Assembly (NCBI GenBank): GCA_029564175.1
Contig: JAKQQL010000260.1
Coordinates: forward strand, 1-41,732
Source: Candidatus Cloacimonadota bacterium
GTDB taxonomy: Bacteria; Cloacimonadota; Cloacimonadia; Cloacimonadales; WRIO01
Reading direction: 5' to 3'
Length of the DNA: 41,732 nucleotides
Under the pieces are notes generated by a model. That model did not search any database and had not been told where the DNA came from. It was given only the letters and a program-made list of their open reading frames with translations. Positions 29,162-38,796 of this stretch are shown here, one piece after another; within the stretch, counting starts at the first letter, position 1; each line of letters begins with the position of its first letter. Made by a program: the position numbers and the translations under genes.

Positions 29162-30956
29162 AGATATTAAAGAGATTTTTAGAAATAAACGGGCATTGAT
29201 TTCCGGTTTATTACTGCCAGCACTGTTTATTCCCCTGTTGGTATATTTTCAGCCCTATCTGAATTCAGCGCCTGAATCTCCTGATATCCATATTGCATTG
29301 TATGATTACCGTATAAATCAGGATTCTCTGGCTTTTGTCAAGGCATTGAAATCAAATGACCATCTCACTGTTCATCGCTATCATCAAAATTACAAAGAAG
29401 CCAATGATAAAAAAAATGATTTGAATATCATCATTCATCAGGATTCACTCAGGCAAAATTATCTGAAAGTCTTTTATAATTCTGCCAGTTCAAAGAGTCT
29501 GAAAGCTTTTGAATACGTCAGTCAAATCATTTTCAATAATGAAATAAATCATATCAGAGCCAATATCAGTGATTTGAATGAGACAGAGTCTGAGACAACT
29601 CTCCCCCACGACAAAAAGTCCCCTTTTAGTATGTATCCCTGGATTTTTTTGATGTTTGGTTTTTCTGGAGCAGCTTTTGTTGCCAGCGAGATTATTACCG
29701 GAGAAAAAGAAAGACATACTCTGGAAACACTTTTATCACTCCTTAATGACTCCCAAAGGATACTTAAAGCAAAGTATGCTGGCGTATTGGTATTTTCACT
29801 GACAAATTTTCTCTTAAATCTTCTAATTATGCTCATATCGATATTCTACTTTCAAGGAGATATAAGCATTCATTTATTCAAAGAAAGTCTGCTCCTTTTT
29901 GTTGCGATTACACCGGCATTGTTTCTCTTATCCGCAATTTTACTGCATATTGCACTAAATGCCAGAACAATCCATGAAGCACGCAGTATTGAATCCGTAT
30001 TTTTTTTAATTTTTTCAGCACTGATTGTATCTGTCTCATTTGTGGATATCAATCATTCTATTATTTTTCAAATGCTTCCGTTCATCAATACCGTTTTGAT
30101 TATTCAGACTATGTCTGTTAGCATATTATCTGTTTTGCTTTTGATACTGAGCTGTTTTGTTCCGGTATTTTTTATCATAAAGTATAACTTGCAATTCATC
30201 AGACAAGAGAAGGTTCTCAATACCGTCGCCTCCCCCACTTCTTCAAATCATCTTACTCTGCCACTACTGATTACCGCTGCCATTTTTCTCATGCTGAGTC
30301 GTTTTAGCCCATTATTGATACAGGTAAATTATGGGAATGGGATTCTTTTATCTCAGCTTATTTTCTTCTTTATCCCCTCCCTTATCCTGATTGCTTTTCA
30401 AAGAAATAAAACGAAATGGATGCTGTTTAAAAAAGTCCCTGATATCAAGACAATCATCAGCAGTATTGTCATAACAGTGCTCTTGTTTATTGTCGTCAAT
30501 TACTATCAGCAATTTGTTAATAGCCTGTTTAGTCGTTCAGTAGGTACAGATCAAGTTAAAACACCTGAATATGGGATTGGGTACTCTCTGTTTCTTTTAT
30601 GTTTGATACCAGCAATTGCGGAAGAGTTTTTTTTCAGAGGCTGGTTATTCAGTAAATGGTTTCAGAAAAATGACAAGGCGGGGATCATTGCATCTGCACT
30701 TATTTTTGCAATGTTTCATCAAAACTATCCGGAGTTCTTGGGTTTGTTTATTTTGGGGATATGGTTTGCTTATCAGGTATATCTTTATCATAGCATCTGG
30801 CCGGCAGTCATCAGCCATTTTGTAAACAATGCGCTGGTCATCTGGATATCACGGACACATCTGAATTATCATACACATCACAGTGTTGGTTTTACGGCAT
30901 TTATTGTCCTGATCATGCTGTTTAAGATGATAAAACCAAAGACTCAGCCATTCTGA
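29124..30956 (+). CDS. NatB-like ABC-2 permease fused to CPBP (CAAX-type) intramembrane metalloprotease
   Basis: GEKERHTLETLL permease motif; C-terminal AEEFFFRG, FAMFH, HFVNNA CPBP motifs. Confidence 0.88.
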   Translation: MIKMNVIWQILFKDIKEIFRNKRALISGLLLPALFIPLLVYFQPYLNSAPESPDIHIALYDYRINQDSLAFVKALKSNDHLTVHRYHQNYKEANDKKNDLNIIIHQDSLRQNYLKVFYNSASSKSLKAFEYVSQIIFNNEINHIRANISDLNETESETTLPHDKKSPFSMYPWIFLMFGFSGAAFVASEIITGEKERHTLETLLSLLNDSQRILKAKYAGVLVFSLTNFLLNLLIMLISIFYFQGDISIHLFKESLLLFVAITPALFLLSAILLHIALNARTIHEARSIESVFFLIFSALIVSVSFVDINHSIIFQMLPFINTVLIIQTMSVSILSVLLLILSCFVPVFFIIKYNLQFIRQEKVLNTVASPTSSNHLTLPLLITAAIFLMLSRFSPLLIQVNYGNGILLSQLIFFFIPSLILIAFQRNKTKWMLFKKVPDIKTIISSIVITVLLFIVVNYYQQFVNSLFSRSVGTDQVKTPEYGIGYSLFLLCLIPAIAEEFFFRGWLFSKWFQKNDKAGIIASALIFAMFHQNYPEFLGLFILGIWFAYQVYLYHSIWPAVISHFVNNALVIWISRTHLNYHTHHSVGFTAFIVLIMLFKMIKPKTQPF

Positions 30957-31142
30957 TTATTCAGAACAGTATAATCCATTTAAAAAACCTTCATCGCTCT
31001 GTTTATGGGGTTTAAGCATTTAATAAAGATAGAAAATCATAAAAAAACAAAGAAATCTGTGAAAAAGTTGCAGTAAATCGCAATGGCAATTGTTATAGTT
31101 ACAGAATGAGAATAATAAAAAATACATAAAGAAAGAGGAAAA

Positions 31143-32381
31143 ATGAAATATCTTGTGTTTTTACTCTTAATTCCAGGTCTCCTGATGGCTCAGACTTACA
31201 CGGTTGATCAGCTGATTGATAGTGGTCTGAAGAATAACTATGGCATTCAGCAAGCTGAACTGGGCTACGAAATTACAAAGTCAAAACTGAACAGCTCCAG
31301 ATGGAATCTTCTTCCGGAAGTCTCTGCTGGTTTTAATCAAACGAACTATTTTGACTCAAATCCACTTGATAAGCTTAATACACTGAGTTTTAGAGTCAGT
31401 AAAAAAATCAGTCTGAATGACTCCTATTATTTTCAAAATAAACTCGCCGGCTTTGACCTGAGTACTTACGATTTAAAGCTAAATGCTGAAAAGAGAAGCT
31501 TTGTCTATGAGGTAATCCAGTCTTACATTGAAATCCTGAACAAACAAAAACAGCTGGAACTTCAGAGAGAAAATCTGGCGATTCAACAGAGTATCGTTGA
31601 TCAGAGCAAGCTGCTTTTTAAACAGAAAAAATCAACCGAGTTTGAGTTAAAGCAGAGTGAGATTACCCTGTACAATGTACAGATTGCCTTGAAAAATGTA
31701 GAAAATGATATCAAAAACAGTCGTCAGGTATTGTTTAATCTATTAAGAATGTCTGATGAAAATTACGCATTAGCTGAGATAGAAATGCCTCAACCAGGTA
31801 CAATTGCCCCATTGGATGAAGAAAAAATCAACGATTTGAAATTGCTGAAGCGCGATATTGAGCGGGATGATATTAATCTTACTCAGAGTAAATTGTCTTA
31901 TCTGCCAGACATCAGTCTCAGTTATAATTACAACAAAGCGAAACAGAGTACCGATTTTAGTTTTGATAATGATAATACCAGCCATACTTTGTCCCTCGAA
32001 GCAAGTTATTCTCTGTGGACATTTTTTAAAAACGGAGAGACCCACAGACAGGCAAAACTCAATCAGAAAATCAAAAAACTCTCTTATGAAGATAAAAAAC
32101 TCACGATTGAAAATCAGTATGAACAGTATAAAACCCAAATGGAATATCTAAACGAAATGAGCGAGCTGTATCGTCTGAAAAAAGAAAATACACGTTCCAA
32201 CCTGGATATTGCCATACAAAAACATCAAATGGGTATGATTCAACAGATTGAACTGGATAAAGTCAGATATGAGTTTCTGGATGCCTCTCTGGCTTATGAA
32301 TCAAACCGATACAAAATGATTCAACTGAATGAATCTATCAATTATCTCTTATCAGGAAAATTACTCTCAAAATATGAATAA
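31143..32381 (+). CDS. TolC-family outer membrane efflux protein
   Basis: Signal peptide, two LP(E/D)(V/I)S repeats, long helical segments; first gene of efflux operon. Confidence 0.85.
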   Translation: MKYLVFLLLIPGLLMAQTYTVDQLIDSGLKNNYGIQQAELGYEITKSKLNSSRWNLLPEVSAGFNQTNYFDSNPLDKLNTLSFRVSKKISLNDSYYFQNKLAGFDLSTYDLKLNAEKRSFVYEVIQSYIEILNKQKQLELQRENLAIQQSIVDQSKLLFKQKKSTEFELKQSEITLYNVQIALKNVENDIKNSRQVLFNLLRMSDENYALAEIEMPQPGTIAPLDEEKINDLKLLKRDIERDDINLTQSKLSYLPDISLSYNYNKAKQSTDFSFDNDNTSHTLSLEASYSLWTFFKNGETHRQAKLNQKIKKLSYEDKKLTIENQYEQYKTQMEYLNEMSELYRLKKENTRSNLDIAIQKHQMGMIQQIELDKVRYEFLDASLAYESNRYKMIQLNESINYLLSGKLLSKYE

Positions 32382-32382
32382 A

Positions 32383-32549
32383 CAAGCTCGTACTACAAGC
32401 ATCTTGCTTGTAGAAAATAAAAATCAAGCTCGTACTACAAGCATCTTGCTTGTAGAAAATAAAAATCAAGCTCGTACTACAAGCATCTTGCTTGTAGAAA
32501 ATAAAAATCAAGCTCGTACTACAAGCATCTTGCTTGGAGAAAATGAAAA
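32383..32549 (+). repeat. 4 x 42-bp tandem REP array
   Basis: CAAGCTCGTACTACAAGCATCTTGCTTGTAGAAAATAAAAAT; three identical units plus one degenerate; hairpin CTACAAGCA-TCT-TGCTTGTAG. Confidence 0.95.
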
Positions 32550-32565
32550 AAAGCAGGTATAGACT

Positions 32566-34086
32566 ATGAAAAAAGTGTGGAAAATCATCAGTATTATTCT
32601 TGTAATTGTGGTTGCTTTTACAGGATATAAGGTATGGAAAAACAAAAAGAACAAGCCAGAATGGAAAACCGAAGAAGTGAGAATGTCTTCTATCAGAGAA
32701 CTGGTAACGGCTTCTGGTACAATCAATCCGGTCAGCAGTGTAGAAGTGGGAACAGAAGTGTCCGGCAAGATTGAGAAAGTATATAAAGATTATAATCAGA
32801 CAGTCAAAAAAGGGGATTTGCTGGCAAAGATTGATACAGAAACCCTGGAATTGAATCTTCAGGAAGTCAGCTCAAGTCTTCAGTCCGCTGAAGCATCAGC
32901 GAAAGATGCCCGAATTGATGTTCAATTATTAAAAGAACTGGTTAAAAAGAATATGGCTGCTGAATATGATTTACAAAAAGCAGAAGTAAAGCTTGAACAG
33001 GCTGAAGAAAGCGTAAACAGAGCCAAATTGTCTTATCAGAAAGCAAAAAAGAATTTGGACAATGCCTATATCTATTCACCGATTGATGGTGTGATTATTT
33101 CCAGAAATGTGGAAGAAGGGCAAACTGTGGCTGCCAGTCTCAATGCGCCTACCTTGTTTGTGATTGCCAATGACCTGAAGGATATGCAGATAGACTCCAG
33201 CGTAGATGAGGCAGATATTGGCAAGATTAATCTGGGTATGCCTGTATTTTTTACAGTAGATGCTTTTGCAGAAGAGCGTTTTATGGGTAAGGTCAAACAG
33301 GTTCGCCTTCAACCAGCCAATGAATCGAATGTGATTACCTATACCGTCATTATCGGCATCAGTAATCCGGATATGCTTTTACTGCCTGGTATGACAGCAA
33401 ATGTCTCTATCGTAGTTAATCAGAAAGAAGAAATACTAACCGTATCCTCACGCGCTTTGCAGTTTAAACCTTCTAAAGAAGTATGGGAAAGTTTTGGTCT
33501 GACCTGGAGTGACACACTCTTAGCAAGAGGTCGTGGTCGCGGAATGGGCTCTATGCCTTCGATGGGAACTACGATGACAGCCACTAAGACAAACACTTCT
33601 GCTAAAGAAAATGTTAAATCAAAAGATAAAAATACAACAAACACGAAAGCAGAAGTCGCAAAAGAGCAAAATTCAGAGAAAAGACCCCGTATGAGCCGTG
33701 AAGAATTTGAAAAACTCAGCCCTGAAGAACGTCAGAAGTTAAGAGAAAAATTTGGCAGAAACAGAGGCGAAGGTATGCGCAGAGGTGAAGCTCAGGAGAC
33801 AGAAAGTAGTGCTAAAAAAGTTCAAAATTCTGAATCTGTTGATGTCTTCAAATTAAGAGGTTCCTATTCAAGCAACAGAACCCAGCGTGGTAGAATATGG
33901 GTGTTAGAAAACAATGTGCCAAAAGCGATTATAGTTGAGACTGGTATTACCGATGGAAACACAGTAGAGATTATCTCCGGACTAAAAGAAGGCCAGCAAA
34001 TTATTTCAGGTGTCTTAAGCAATAATAATAGCAACAATAGCCAGAAAAACAGTATGATGCCTATGGGTGGCATGGGACCAAGATAA
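32566..34086 (+). CDS. macA: MacA-like efflux periplasmic adaptor subunit
   Basis: VTASGTINPV..VEVGTEVSG, IYSPIDGVII.RNVEEGQTVAAS, VDEADIG, LLPGMTA, VETGITDG. Confidence 0.9.
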   Translation: MKKVWKIISIILVIVVAFTGYKVWKNKKNKPEWKTEEVRMSSIRELVTASGTINPVSSVEVGTEVSGKIEKVYKDYNQTVKKGDLLAKIDTETLELNLQEVSSSLQSAEASAKDARIDVQLLKELVKKNMAAEYDLQKAEVKLEQAEESVNRAKLSYQKAKKNLDNAYIYSPIDGVIISRNVEEGQTVAASLNAPTLFVIANDLKDMQIDSSVDEADIGKINLGMPVFFTVDAFAEERFMGKVKQVRLQPANESNVITYTVIIGISNPDMLLLPGMTANVSIVVNQKEEILTVSSRALQFKPSKEVWESFGLTWSDTLLARGRGRGMGSMPSMGTTMTATKTNTSAKENVKSKDKNTTNTKAEVAKEQNSEKRPRMSREEFEKLSPEERQKLREKFGRNRGEGMRRGEAQETESSAKKVQNSESVDVFKLRGSYSSNRTQRGRIWVLENNVPKAIIVETGITDGNTVEIISGLKEGQQIISGVLSNNNSNNSQKNSMMPMGGMGPR

Positions 34087-34087
34087 T

Positions 34088-34298
34088 TTGTAGGGCAAGC
34101 AACCCTGCTTGCCAAAGAAAACAAAAACGCAATCTGGTTGTAGGGCAAGCAACCCTGCTTGCCAAAGAAAACAAAAACGCAATCTGGTTGTAGGGCAAGC
34201 AACCCTGCTTGCCAAAGAAAACAAGATCGCAAGTTAGTTGTAGGGCAAGCAACCCTGCTTGCCAAAGTTATAGTTCGCAAGCTGGTAGCTTGCGCTAC
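34088..34298 (+). repeat. 4 x 50-bp tandem REP array ending in an inverted partner REP
   Basis: TTGTAGGGCAAGCAACCCTGCTTGCCAAAG at 34088, 34138, 34188 and 34238; terminal CGCAAGCTGGTAGCTTGCGCTAC. Confidence 0.95.
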
Positions 34299-34331
34299 AG
34301 CAACAGTGTGAAAGATTAAGGAGAAGAATCA

Positions 34332-35078
34332 ATGAGCGAACACCTCATTAAAATAGAAAAACTGAGTAAAACTTACCAAATGGGTGAAACAGAAGTTCAT
34401 GCACTTCGGCATGTAGATCTGGACATCAAAAAAGGCGAGTTTGTAGCCATTATGGGTGCGAGTGGTTCAGGAAAAACGACCCTGATGAATCTGATCGGTT
34501 GTCTGGATTCCCCAACATCAGGAAATTACATTCTGGATGGGATTGACATTCATTCGTTAAAAGAAGATGAATTGTCTAATATCCGTAATGAGAAGATAGG
34601 TTTTGTTTTCCAGTCATTTTATCTCTTACCCCGTACGACTGCATTTGAAAATGTAGAATTACCTCTCTTGTACAGTACGAATCTAAATGCACACCAACGA
34701 AAAGAAAAAGTGATGGCTGCCTTAAAAACGGTGAAGATTGCTGAACGTGCCCATCATTTCCCCAATCAGTTATCCGGCGGCCAACAACAGCGTGTGGCGA
34801 TTGCCCGTGCGATTGTGAATCATGCACTGATTATGCTGGCAGACGAACCTACCGGTAATCTGGACAGTCGTACCAGTATCGAGGTCATGTCCGTATTTCA
34901 GGAACTACATAAAAATGGGATTACGGTCATATTAGTCACCCACGAAATGGATATTGCTCAGTATGCCAGTCGTCTGATCATTTTCAAGGATGGTAAAATT
35001 CGTTCAGATGTGATGAATGATAAACCCAAGAATGCGTTGGAAGACTTAAAAAATCTGCCAGTTGAAGAAGATGATTAG
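34332..35078 (+). CDS. MacB/LolD-type ABC ATP-binding protein
   Basis: GASGSGKTT, IGFVFQSF.LL, LSGGQQQRVAIARA, ADEPTGNLD. Confidence 0.95.
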   Translation: MSEHLIKIEKLSKTYQMGETEVHALRHVDLDIKKGEFVAIMGASGSGKTTLMNLIGCLDSPTSGNYILDGIDIHSLKEDELSNIRNEKIGFVFQSFYLLPRTTAFENVELPLLYSTNLNAHQRKEKVMAALKTVKIAERAHHFPNQLSGGQQQRVAIARAIVNHALIMLADEPTGNLDSRTSIEVMSVFQELHKNGITVILVTHEMDIAQYASRLIIFKDGKIRSDVMNDKPKNALEDLKNLPVEEDD

Positions 35079-35082
35079 GAAT

Positions 35083-35216
35083 CTTGTAGATTAACAGAAG
35101 AGAGTATAAGCGTAAGAAATACTTCGTACTACAAGCATCTTGCATGTCATTTGACGTAACGTAAGCTACCAGCTTGCGATTAAAGATGCTTGTAGATTAA
35201 AAGAAGGGAGTAAAAG
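35083..35216 (+). repeat. REP cluster bracketed by a 28-bp imperfect direct repeat
   Basis: CTTGTAGATTAA(C/A)AGAAG(A/G)GAGTA(T/A)AAG at 35083 and 35189; CGTACTACAAGCATCTTGC and GTAAGCTACCAGCTTGC between them. Confidence 0.75.
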
Positions 35217-35225
35217 AGGAAGAAT

Positions 35226-36440
35226 ATGCCAATCTATGCAATATTTCAAATAGCAATGAAATCATTATTAAGAAATAAAACCAGAACTTTTTTAACCATG
35301 CTGGGTATCATTATAGGTGTCGCAGCTGTTATTACCATGCTGGCAGTAGGTCAGGGTGCCAAAAAAATAGTCGATGACCAGATTAACTCAATGGGAACCA
35401 ATGTCATTACCATGATGTCTAATATGTTTAATCGTTCTAGTGTGAGAACAGAAGCCGGTGGCAGCAGTGGCTTAAAGCTGGAAGATGTGGAAAATATTAA
35501 AGCGGAATACAAAGATATTCTCTATGCTTCAGCGATGGTACGCTCATGGGGACAGCTTAAATATAAATCCTTAAACTGGCGTACTTCTGTCATGGGAGTT
35601 GATGTCGATTTTCAGTTTATCCGTAATTATGAAATGGAAGAAGGAGAGTTTTTTACTTCCAATGATGTCCGTTCCGGTTCAAAAGTAGTTGTAATTGGTA
35701 ATACGATTGCGACTAATTTATTTCCGAATGAATCTCCTGTTGGTAAGATCATCCGTGTGAGAAATGTACCGGTAAAAGTCGTCGGCGTTTTTAAATCAAA
35801 AGGGCAGAGTGTCATGGGCGGAGACCAGGATGATGTAGTCATAGCACCTTATTCAATGGTATTAGGACGTTTGGTGGGCGACAGAAGACCCTCTCTGAGT
35901 ATCTTTGTATCAGCTGTTTCCAAAGAAGCAATCCCTAAACTCCAGGAAGACCTGATGGAATATCTGTTAAGCAGAAATAGAACGGCTACCAGTGATGACT
36001 TTATTGTCAGATCTCAGACTGATATTGCCGAAACATCCAACAGTGTGTCCAATACAATGACGCTTTTACTTGCCAGTATAGCTGGAATTTCTTTATTAGT
36101 TGGCGGTATCGGGATCATGAATATTATGCTGGTCTCTGTTACGGAGAGAATTAAAGAGATTGGTATCCGTATGGCTGTCGGTGCAAAGAAAAAAGATGTT
36201 CTCTTACAATTCATTATTGAAGCAGTCATGATTAGTGCACTCGGTGGTATTATCGGTATATTGCTTGGGTTTGGAACGTCTATGGTACTGGAGAAGATCA
36301 TGAAGTGGTCTATTGCGATTACCTCCTGGTCAGTCATTTTGTCCGTTACTTTTTCCTGTGCAATCGGCATATTCTTCGGCTGGTATCCTGCGAAAAAGGC
36401 AGCTAATCTCAATTTGATTGATGCCCTGAGATATGAATAG
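35226..36440 (+). CDS. MacB-type ABC permease (MacB_PCD + FtsX)
   Basis: LTMLGIIIGVAAV, ISLLVGGIGIMNIMLVSVTERIKEIGIRMAVGA, YPA.KAA...ALRYE. Confidence 0.95.
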   Translation: MPIYAIFQIAMKSLLRNKTRTFLTMLGIIIGVAAVITMLAVGQGAKKIVDDQINSMGTNVITMMSNMFNRSSVRTEAGGSSGLKLEDVENIKAEYKDILYASAMVRSWGQLKYKSLNWRTSVMGVDVDFQFIRNYEMEEGEFFTSNDVRSGSKVVVIGNTIATNLFPNESPVGKIIRVRNVPVKVVGVFKSKGQSVMGGDQDDVVIAPYSMVLGRLVGDRRPSLSIFVSAVSKEAIPKLQEDLMEYLLSRNRTATSDDFIVRSQTDIAETSNSVSNTMTLLLASIAGISLLVGGIGIMNIMLVSVTERIKEIGIRMAVGAKKKDVLLQFIIEAVMISALGGIIGILLGFGTSMVLEKIMKWSIAITSWSVILSVTFSCAIGIFFGWYPAKKAANLNLIDALRYE

Positions 36441-36580
36441 CAGCGTCTTTTCAATATGCTGATTCAAATGCAGTCTTCATAGAATGATTTAATCAAATAC
36501 ATCAGCCAGGATAGTCATTAGAAATCTTTCTATTTGGCAATTTCATGAATTTTATTATCTTCTTTAAAAAAGGAGATAAA

Positions 36581-37324
36581 ATGAAAGTTAATAATAGATA
36601 TTTCTTACAGATACTTCTAATGACTGCCTGGCTTACAGTCGCATTTGCACAAACGTCTTTTGATTTGGAATCAGGGCTGGTTTCTAATGCAATGAACGAT
36701 GTCGGAATACCAGGTGATACAGGTACCCGCTTTTCTCTGACAGAGGATCTGTCCTCAGATGCAAAAGCATTTTTAAGATTAAGGGTCTCTCATACATTTG
36801 GAGAAAAGCATACGCTTTCTGTTCTATACGCACCACTTAAAGTAAAAGCATCAGGCAGATCTGACAAGACAATTGATTTTGCCGGTGTCACTTTTCCTGC
36901 AAATGAAAATCTCAATGCAATTTATATGTTCAATTCTTATCGGCTGACTTATCGTTACGATTTCATTCAGACCACTGCAAATGAATTTGGTATGGGTTTA
37001 ACAGCTAAAATCAGAGATGCAAAAATTGCTTTAGAAGGAAATGGACTCACTGGAGAAAAGACAAATGTAGGTTTTGTTCCCATCATTAATTTCCGATATC
37101 GTCATTATTTATCTGACAAGTTCTCTTTTCTGCTGGAGGGTGATGCCCTGGCTGCTCCACAAGGCAGAGCTGAAGATGTCTTACTGGCTGCAACTTATTC
37201 GATTAACCCAAAACTATCTCTCAAAGCCGGATATCGCATCTTAGAAGGAGGCTCAGATAATGACGAAGTATATGGATTTGCTTTATTCAACTATGCGGTA
37301 CTGGGTGCAACAATAAAATTTTAA
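36581..37324 (+). CDS. Outer-membrane beta-barrel protein (hypothetical)
   Basis: AAGGAG RBS before ATG 36581, signal peptide ending AFA, alternating beta-strands, C-terminal Phe. Confidence 0.7.
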   Translation: MKVNNRYFLQILLMTAWLTVAFAQTSFDLESGLVSNAMNDVGIPGDTGTRFSLTEDLSSDAKAFLRLRVSHTFGEKHTLSVLYAPLKVKASGRSDKTIDFAGVTFPANENLNAIYMFNSYRLTYRYDFIQTTANEFGMGLTAKIRDAKIALEGNGLTGEKTNVGFVPIINFRYRHYLSDKFSFLLEGDALAAPQGRAEDVLLAATYSINPKLSLKAGYRILEGGSDNDEVYGFALFNYAVLGATIKF

Positions 37325-37337
37325 AAAAGAGGACATC

Positions 37338-37895
37338 ATGATAAATATATTCAGACTCACTATTGCAATCATCATTCTAATAGGAGGTATTAGTATGCTC
37401 ACAGCAACATCTATTTATGACATCAATCTTAAACGCATTGACGGTCAGGAAATAAAACTGGAGACTTACAAAGGGAAAGTTCTCTTAATTGTAAACACTG
37501 CCAGTAAATGTGGATTTACAAAACAGTATGATGGCTTACAGGAATTATATACACGGTACGAAAAAGAAGGCTTTGTAGTTCTTGGTTTTCCTGCCAACAA
37601 TTTCTTAAATCAGGAACCAGGCGAAAACAAAGAGATAGAAAACTTTTGCCGTTTGAATTACGGTGTTTCCTTCCCAATGTTTGAGAAGATTTCCGTTGCC
37701 GGTAAATCAATCCACCCACTCTATCAGTACCTTACAGACAAAAAAACGAATCCGGCTTTTGGTGGTAAAATCAGTTGGAATTTCAATAAATTTCTCATTT
37801 CGCGAGAAGGGAAAATACTCAATCGATTTGGTTCTACCACCACACCTTTAGACAATGCAGTTATCACTTCGATTGAAAAAGCGCTAAAAGAATGA
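37338..37895 (+). CDS. Glutathione peroxidase family protein (Cys type)
   Basis: GKVLLIVNTASKCGFT, LGFPANNF..QEPG, ISWNFNKFLI. Confidence 0.95.
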   Translation: MINIFRLTIAIIILIGGISMLTATSIYDINLKRIDGQEIKLETYKGKVLLIVNTASKCGFTKQYDGLQELYTRYEKEGFVVLGFPANNFLNQEPGENKEIENFCRLNYGVSFPMFEKISVAGKSIHPLYQYLTDKKTNPAFGGKISWNFNKFLISREGKILNRFGSTTTPLDNAVITSIEKALKE

Positions 37896-38017
37896 ATTTC
37901 TCTCTAGATGATAAGTTTTGCCTTTGTCAGGATTGAGAGAAAGATTATCTTGCCTATTATCAGACTCCATCCCTTATAACTTTGCATTTTAAGAAGTTAA
38001 TCGTTTCAACCCATATT

Positions 38018-38047
38018 AAAAAGGTGCAGTAAATACTGCACCTTTTT
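38018..38047. terminator. Bidirectional intrinsic terminator
   Basis: AAAAAGGTGCAGTA-AA-TACTGCACCTTTTT perfect inverted repeat with A/T tracts. Confidence 0.8.
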
Positions 38048-38711
38048 GTTTGACTGGAATGCTTTCTGAGCCGATGAACTGAAAGAAGGCCTGACACCTA
38101 ACCGACGGGAAGTCAATCTGAGGTCAAGTGCGTAATTGGTAACAATAGGGTCTGAAGTAAGACACAGGAAGAATAGGGAACATAGCGAAAGCATAGCGCT
38201 TTCTTGTCATACATGGATTGCCATTTGTGTGGATATGGATTTAGTCAATTAAGCAACCAACTCTAAAGATGCGTTCTATGAAGTGAACAAAGTCAGTGGA
38301 CAGTACTTGATGTTATATTGCCAGTATATTAGTCTTGGGAATATGAAGTATCAATTAATCAAATTGGATTAACCAAGTGGTATAAATGAATCTTTTACTC
38401 ACAAAATTACAATTAAACATTATAAATCTGCCATGTTTGTTTTAATACCTGAACCTAAAAAAGTAACTTTTTTATGACTCTATTCTCTATTCACTCCTTT
38501 TCCTTTCCTTATCCTTTCCTTATCAGAAACTTAATACATATAATACAAAAAAATAGATTTCAGCTCTGATTCCTCATTGCTTTATGTTTCGAATCTGATC
38601 ATGGAGACTTAACTTAAGTTTACAATGAATTTGATAAAGCTGTGAGATCATATCAGCTGGATAATGTCTGGCGATACCAGACAATACTCTAGTGTTAGAC
38701 TTGGATTGTTC

Positions 38712-38796
38712 CGCTCCTATGGAGCGGGAAGGGTGGGTGATTCTCAAACCGCACGGTTAAAACCATGGGCTATCCATATTTAGCCCTTTCAGGGCT
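38712..38796. repeat. Three-hairpin REP-like element (related copy at ~5910-5993)
   Basis: CGCTCCTATGGAGCG ... CACGGTTAAAACCATGGGCTA ... AGCCCTTTCAGGGCT. Confidence 0.65.

Noticed and set aside
32383..32549. Possible CRISPR array
   Set aside because: Units are identical head-to-tail with no unique spacers, no cas genes are present, and the same hairpin is dispersed elsewhere.
34088..34267. Possible CRISPR array
   Set aside because: The ~20-bp linkers are identical or near-identical rather than unique spacers; the GTAG-hairpin architecture fits REPs.
37338..37895. Selenocysteine glutathione peroxidase
   Set aside because: The active-site codon is TGT (Cys); the only TGA is the terminal stop.
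38051..38210. 6S RNA
   Set aside because: Short motif resemblances exist, but the element looks too short and lacks the long internal stem; kept only as an unassigned RNA candidate.
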